NCBI GenBank assembly: GCA_964596355.1
Contig: CAZQTD010000004.1
Coordinates: 1,183 to 65,182 of the forward strand
From: an uncultured Gammaproteobacteria bacterium
Lineage (GTDB): Bacteria; Patescibacteriota; Microgenomatia; UBA10105; UBA927
Reading direction: 5' to 3'
DNA length: 64,000 nucleotides
The notes beneath the pieces were generated by a model, which made no database searches, was not told where the DNA came from, and saw only the letters and a program-made list of their open reading frames with translations. Below are positions 59,826 to 64,000 of the stretch, piece by piece (the first letter of the stretch is position 1; each line of letters begins with the position of its first letter). A program made the position numbers and the translations under genes.

Positions 59826-62708
59826 TTACCCGGTGACCCTCTTTCGCACACTCCCTGTATACCACACGGCAGCGACGATGAGGCTCGTTATTGATAACAT
59901 ATTGCCATATGTGCCATTTGTCTGCGTCGTATACCGTATCTCAAAGGCACCGCGGGTATTGCGTGGCACAAGCCAGCCGTTCGCAAACCCATTCGCTTCA
60001 TAATGATCAGTAATAATATGACGCTTCCCATTTGTCGATGTAAACGACAATTGCCAGCGAGGATCATACCGCTGATTAAGCACAATCGCCGATGGATCAG
60101 AAATCGAACGCACGATATTTCCCTCATACCGAGTGGGGGAAATCCTTACAAAGGATAACGGCACCATTCCACCTTCTGGTGCGTATTCATTTCTAAGAAA
60201 TATGTAGGGAGCCACCATTTGTCCATTGCGCGCAAGCTCAATCGTGTGAAACCCTTCTTCAAGCGTCACAATATGCAATGGTGCCAACACACCATCGACA
60301 ATAATTCGATCAAGCGGATTAGATCCAATAATCCGATAACGATCCGATTGAGGAATGGTAACGATATACCGAAACGATGAATCGTCCGACATATAGATAT
60401 TCTTCATCACCTCATTCTTCAAGGGACGAATAATCGACGAAACATCGTGGAATATAACAGTTCCTGCTGTTAATCGTTCGATAGCCGCTATATACGCGTA
60501 TAATCGATTCGCATAGATAACCTGCATCCGTCCAGACAGTTTGCGGTAGAGTTCATTCATCTGTTCTAAAACGACTGACATGTTGCTCATCTGCTCCTTA
60601 TTGCCCGAATGAACTGCCAACGATATGATGGACACGACATTCGATAATTTCTCATCGATCAGCTCGCCATACGATTGTTCATGCTTCTTCATACGAGCAA
60701 AACGCCTGCCAAGATGTTTGACGAATGTCTTGCGTTGATCATCGACCGGCGGTAAATAGATGCTTGAAACTAATGTATTAAATTCATCCGGATTGCACAT
60801 CATGCATTCAGCGCCTATCGCTGTGGGCAGTCGAGCATCTGCTGGCGACTCGACTCTAATTGTTGCTGTGTCGCTCGCACATATGACATCTCCCCTCGCC
60901 GATCCGGTCACCTGTATGGGATTGCGGACAATCGAAATCATCGGCCGTATCGAAGCAGTATTACGGTATAGTTTCCACGGACCCGACTGGGAAACAAGAC
61001 TCATTCCTTCCATGGATGCAAGGGTTTGTTCATACTCGACAAGGGAATGACGTTTTCCCATAGCTTCGGACAATGCGACATCACCCCGCCAGAGTACGTG
61101 TGTGACGCCAGCCAATGACGCAAGCTCATGGAACCCTTCCATATCACGATCATACAAATGCTGATAAAGAAGTGCTGTTATGGCATCGTCATTGGCGTCT
61201 CCGGCGAGAAATGACCGATTCGTCATAATTCTCGGCAATATATCCGCACTATAAAACCCCCATGTGTAGGCATCCATAGGCAAGGTAATAAATCCGGGAT
61301 CAAGGTCCGGGAACACCAAGATCCTGTCATCCATCGTTGTCTTTTTCTCTATTGCGTGTTTCATCTGATTAACATACCGAGGAATTGCTACACGCGTTCG
61401 AAATAAACCGCTTATAGTAAAGCTCTCCGATGAAAAAAACGGGTAATGGTATGCCAAAATGCCACTGATGCACATGCTCCAGACGATCGTTCTTATGTAT
61501 TTCTTCTTAACATACGTATGGATAAACAGCGCCATAAAGTAGCCGAAAAGCACCGTAACAGAAAACCAAACGGTTGGAGCGAATTTATAAAAACTGGACC
61601 GAAATATCGCAAATCCAGGCATGTGGCGCATGAGCAGAAGGTATATGACTCCTGTCGGTGGATGAGATCCCGCGGTAAAAAAAATCCCAACAGCAAGTAG
61701 CGCAGTAAGAAATAGGAGTATGAAGCGACGCGACGAGTCTATTCCAAACCGTATAACCCCCAACGCACTGACACCAGCAGGTATAAGGCTTGCCAGAACA
61801 AGAACAATGTTTGACTCATAGACGCCAGCGTAAGGATGCGATGGATTTCCATGCCAATCAGGAAACCCCTGCAGCCGTATGATATTCAGAAATGATGCAT
61901 TGCGGCTAAAAGCTTTTTCCCATTCGATAAGTCCGCCTATTCCTCCCTGCGCAGCTACAGATGATCCAAACGATGCGTGTGCATACGCAATAAGCGGTAC
62001 AATCCAATAGGCATTAAAAAGAAGAAATGACACAGCAAACAACGCATATGAACCAAGAAGCCGAACTGTTCCTGCCAGTCCCCGTTGGCGGAATACGAAG
62101 GCAGAAAACATGATTACGGCAAGTCCAATGGCTATAATCGTTGCGCCATACAGGGGGATGGATCCACCACCGTTCCATACTGCATAAAGAAGTCCAAACG
62201 CTATCGCTGTCCTCACCGGTTGTGCGGCATGAAACGCCTGCCGATACATAAGGAGAATTGCGATCGGAAGCGCGGCATAGAGCGAAAATTTTGCGCGCTC
62301 GGCATTGAGCCATCCGTTGAGAATAAAAAAATTATACATATAATATATCGAGGAAAAAATTCTAAAAAACCGAAAATGAGATTCAGGAAACATATTCCGA
62401 AGAAATATATACATTGACAGGCCTATCAGCATAAACCATCCAACAAACACCGTCGTTTGCGCCACAGGAAGTGAACCGGTAACCTGCGACACGATGGCCT
62501 CCGGAAGCTGTAGGACTGCAAACGCACGGTAGATGGTCCAGTCAATGCCGTAATTGACCGTAGGGTTCCAGCTATGAAGAAGGCTTGTGATGTGCGCTAT
62601 GCCATTTAAGCGGAATCCGGAATCATACCCGACAATCGAATACCCGCCGATGAGCCACACGATCGGAACAAGGGAGAGAAAAAACAGAAATATGATGTCT
62701 ATTATCAT
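59826..62708 (-). CDS. AftD/DUF3367-like GT-C membrane protein
   Basis: GYD, NAYWIVP, FRSSFYKF, large exported domain, ANGFANGW before the C-terminal TM. Confidence 0.65.
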   Translation of the reverse strand: MIIDIIFLFFLSLVPIVWLIGGYSIVGYDSGFRLNGIAHITSLLHSWNPTVNYGIDWTIYRAFAVLQLPEAIVSQVTGSLPVAQTTVFVGWFMLIGLSMYIFLRNMFPESHFRFFRIFSSIYYMYNFFILNGWLNAERAKFSLYAALPIAILLMYRQAFHAAQPVRTAIAFGLLYAVWNGGGSIPLYGATIIAIGLAVIMFSAFVFRQRGLAGTVRLLGSYALFAVSFLLFNAYWIVPLIAYAHASFGSSVAAQGGIGGLIEWEKAFSRNASFLNIIRLQGFPDWHGNPSHPYAGVYESNIVLVLASLIPAGVSALGVIRFGIDSSRRFILLFLTALLAVGIFFTAGSHPPTGVIYLLLMRHMPGFAIFRSSFYKFAPTVWFSVTVLFGYFMALFIHTYVKKKYIRTIVWSMCISGILAYHYPFFSSESFTISGLFRTRVAIPRYVNQMKHAIEKKTTMDDRILVFPDLDPGFITLPMDAYTWGFYSADILPRIMTNRSFLAGDANDDAITALLYQHLYDRDMEGFHELASLAGVTHVLWRGDVALSEAMGKRHSLVEYEQTLASMEGMSLVSQSGPWKLYRNTASIRPMISIVRNPIQVTGSARGDVICASDTATIRVESPADARLPTAIGAECMMCNPDEFNTLVSSIYLPPVDDQRKTFVKHLGRRFARMKKHEQSYGELIDEKLSNVVSIISLAVHSGNKEQMSNMSVVLEQMNELYRKLSGRMQVIYANRLYAYIAAIERLTAGTVIFHDVSSIIRPLKNEVMKNIYMSDDSSFRYIVTIPQSDRYRIIGSNPLDRIIVDGVLAPLHIVTLEEGFHTIELARNGQMVAPYIFLRNEYAPEGGMVPLSFVRISPTRYEGNIVRSISDPSAIVLNQRYDPRWQLSFTSTNGKRHIITDHYEANGFANGWLVPRNTRGAFEIRYTTQTNGTYGNMLSITSLIVAAVWYTGSVRKRVTG

Positions 62709-63043
62709 TTAGGAAACCTCTGTGCGCGCCAAACTTCCCTGCCGTACTGTACAAGACCAAAAACGAAAAAAAGATAAAACCATTCTGCGAAGCGTTCAGT
62801 CGTCCGCGATGGTCCTGTGGGTATATATGATAACCCTGTATAGAGAAGAAATAACAGAGAAAGGATAAAAGATGTTCTACTTGAAGATAATTGAATAAGA
62901 GTAACAATGCCATATAAAAAAAATGCAATAAAAAAGGGTAAATCTGAATACCTAAATACCTCGGCTAAATCGGCAAATACCACAATGGCTATTAGAAAAA
63001 GCGTGAATAAAGAAAGGAGGATGAGTGGTTTACTTTTCTTCAT
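62705..63043 (-). CDS. Small 4-TM membrane protein
   Basis: Hydrophobic; overlaps both neighbours; ERFAEWFYLF motif. Confidence 0.7.
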   Translation of the reverse strand: MKKSKPLILLSLFTLFLIAIVVFADLAEVFRYSDLPFFIAFFLYGIVTLIQLSSSRTSFILSLLFLLYTGLSYIPTGPSRTTERFAEWFYLFFVFGLVQYGREVWRAQRFPK

Positions 63044-64000
63044 GGCGTTTGTTTGTTACAATGCGCACACCGCGTACGACAACAAATAAAAATACGGCGC
63101 CAGAAATTACTATTCCAATATACAGATAGTTTTGGCTTTTCAAATATATAGTTCCATGCACTACGTCTGCTTGAATTCCCTCGGGATCAATAATCCATCC
63201 ATTCGCGTATCCGTTTACCAAAATGTGGTTTATGGTTACTCCTTGCCATGCCGGCTCAAGAGAAAAATCCCATGTTGAATGAAAATCATTTGACAGAATG
63301 AGAAGAAATGGCGTCTTTCTTCCTCTCATATCGATATCCACCTCAAAGCGTACCGGAGATCTTTTTCTATATGATAGAGATGGACTTTCTGAATCGTTTC
63401 CGTCGCAAGTCAAATAGTCACATGCAGCATCGTCAACGTAGGCAGATCGGTAAGAATCTTTCAGTGCTTCTTGCTGATCAGAATATATGCTGTCGGGAAT
63501 GTATATATGTGGACGAACCACAGCATCTTCAAATTCATATATCTCGTAAAATCCTTGTGCATATATCTTCTTCACCGGCAGTAAAGCCAAAAACTTCTCA
63601 TAAGAATTCTGATCTTTAATAATTGGAAGCTGTTCCTTAGACGAATAGGTCATGCCCGGATATACGTACGGATAACCAGGAAAATCATCTATAATGCGCG
63701 AATCTGAATTGCGGAATATATACCGAACGTTAAGAAGCGAAAGAAGCTGGACAAAACGATCGATATCCTCTCTGCGAAGGACATCGAATATAAGCCGTTC
63801 ATACGGACCGAATGTCCAAAAACCGGTAAAATCAGGTTTTCCGGCCACTAAAGAAACCGTCGATATGCCAACAAACGCACCTCCCTGCTTACCATATGCT
63901 ATTTGAAAATATGGAAACGTAAGCGGCAAGGTAAGTACTTTTCCGTCCTGAGGCAGATTTTTGAGGTACGATAAAGACGTGATGAGATCAGGATCTATCT
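63030..64000 (-). CDS. AftD/DUF3367-like protein, C-terminal part (runs off the window)
   Basis: Frame stays open to the window edge (IDPDLITS..KVLTLP); VNGYANGW plus terminal TM, as in 59826-62708. Confidence 0.65.
   Translation of the reverse strand, partial: IDPDLITSLSYLKNLPQDGKVLTLPLTFPYFQIAYGKQGGAFVGISTVSLVAGKPDFTGFWTFGPYERLIFDVLRREDIDRFVQLLSLLNVRYIFRNSDSRIIDDFPGYPYVYPGMTYSSKEQLPIIKDQNSYEKFLALLPVKKIYAQGFYEIYEFEDAVVRPHIYIPDSIYSDQQEALKDSYRSAYVDDAACDYLTCDGNDSESPSLSYRKRSPVRFEVDIDMRGRKTPFLLILSNDFHSTWDFSLEPAWQGVTINHILVNGYANGWIIDPEGIQADVVHGTIYLKSQNYLYIGIVISGAVFLFVVVRGVRIVTNKRHEEK

Noticed and set aside
1-64000. CRISPR array, rRNA, transposase or alternative genetic code
   Set aside because: No regularly spaced 25-40 nt repeats or rRNA/transposase motifs seen; TGA terminates many conserved genes at their expected ends.

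Overview
Gene-dense bacterial chromosome segment in standard code 11 (TGA used as stop), almost entirely minus-strand, with many ATGA start/stop overlaps and few obvious Shine-Dalgarno sites. Gene content (type-2 IleRS, alpha2 GlyRS, short MurE, DUF4012, many GT-C membrane proteins) suggests a Patescibacteria/CPR genome, probably Microgenomates; this is inference. There are three blocks. (1) 0.4-9.7 kb: lepB, tRNA-Val(GAC), parB, rpmA, an RNA methyltransferase, rplU, rodA, and ileS with a T-box leader. (2) 10-37 kb: an expanded dcw cluster (mraZ-rsmH-ftsL-ftsI-murE-pgeF-murC-murB-murA-glmU-like-hydrolase-murF-DegT aminotransferase-MBL hydrolase-FemAB-dgkA-mraY-murI-murD-ftsW-murG-ftsQ-ftsA-ftsZ), preceded by recO-glyQS. 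(3) 37-64 kb: a surface-glycan locus (DUF4012, priming phosphoglycosyltransferase, ManC, GT2/GT4 enzymes, GalE, UDP-xylose synthase, several GT-C/AftD-like proteins). The most notable observations are an ultrashort-stem-I Ile T-box coupled to an intrinsic terminator, a 30-nt palindromic element inserted in frame in GlyRS, 7/8-mer tandem tracts embedded in frame in several genes, and a putative peptidoglycan-modification module inside the dcw cluster. No CRISPR array, rRNA or transposase was seen. All calls come from motif recognition by eye; no database searches were run.
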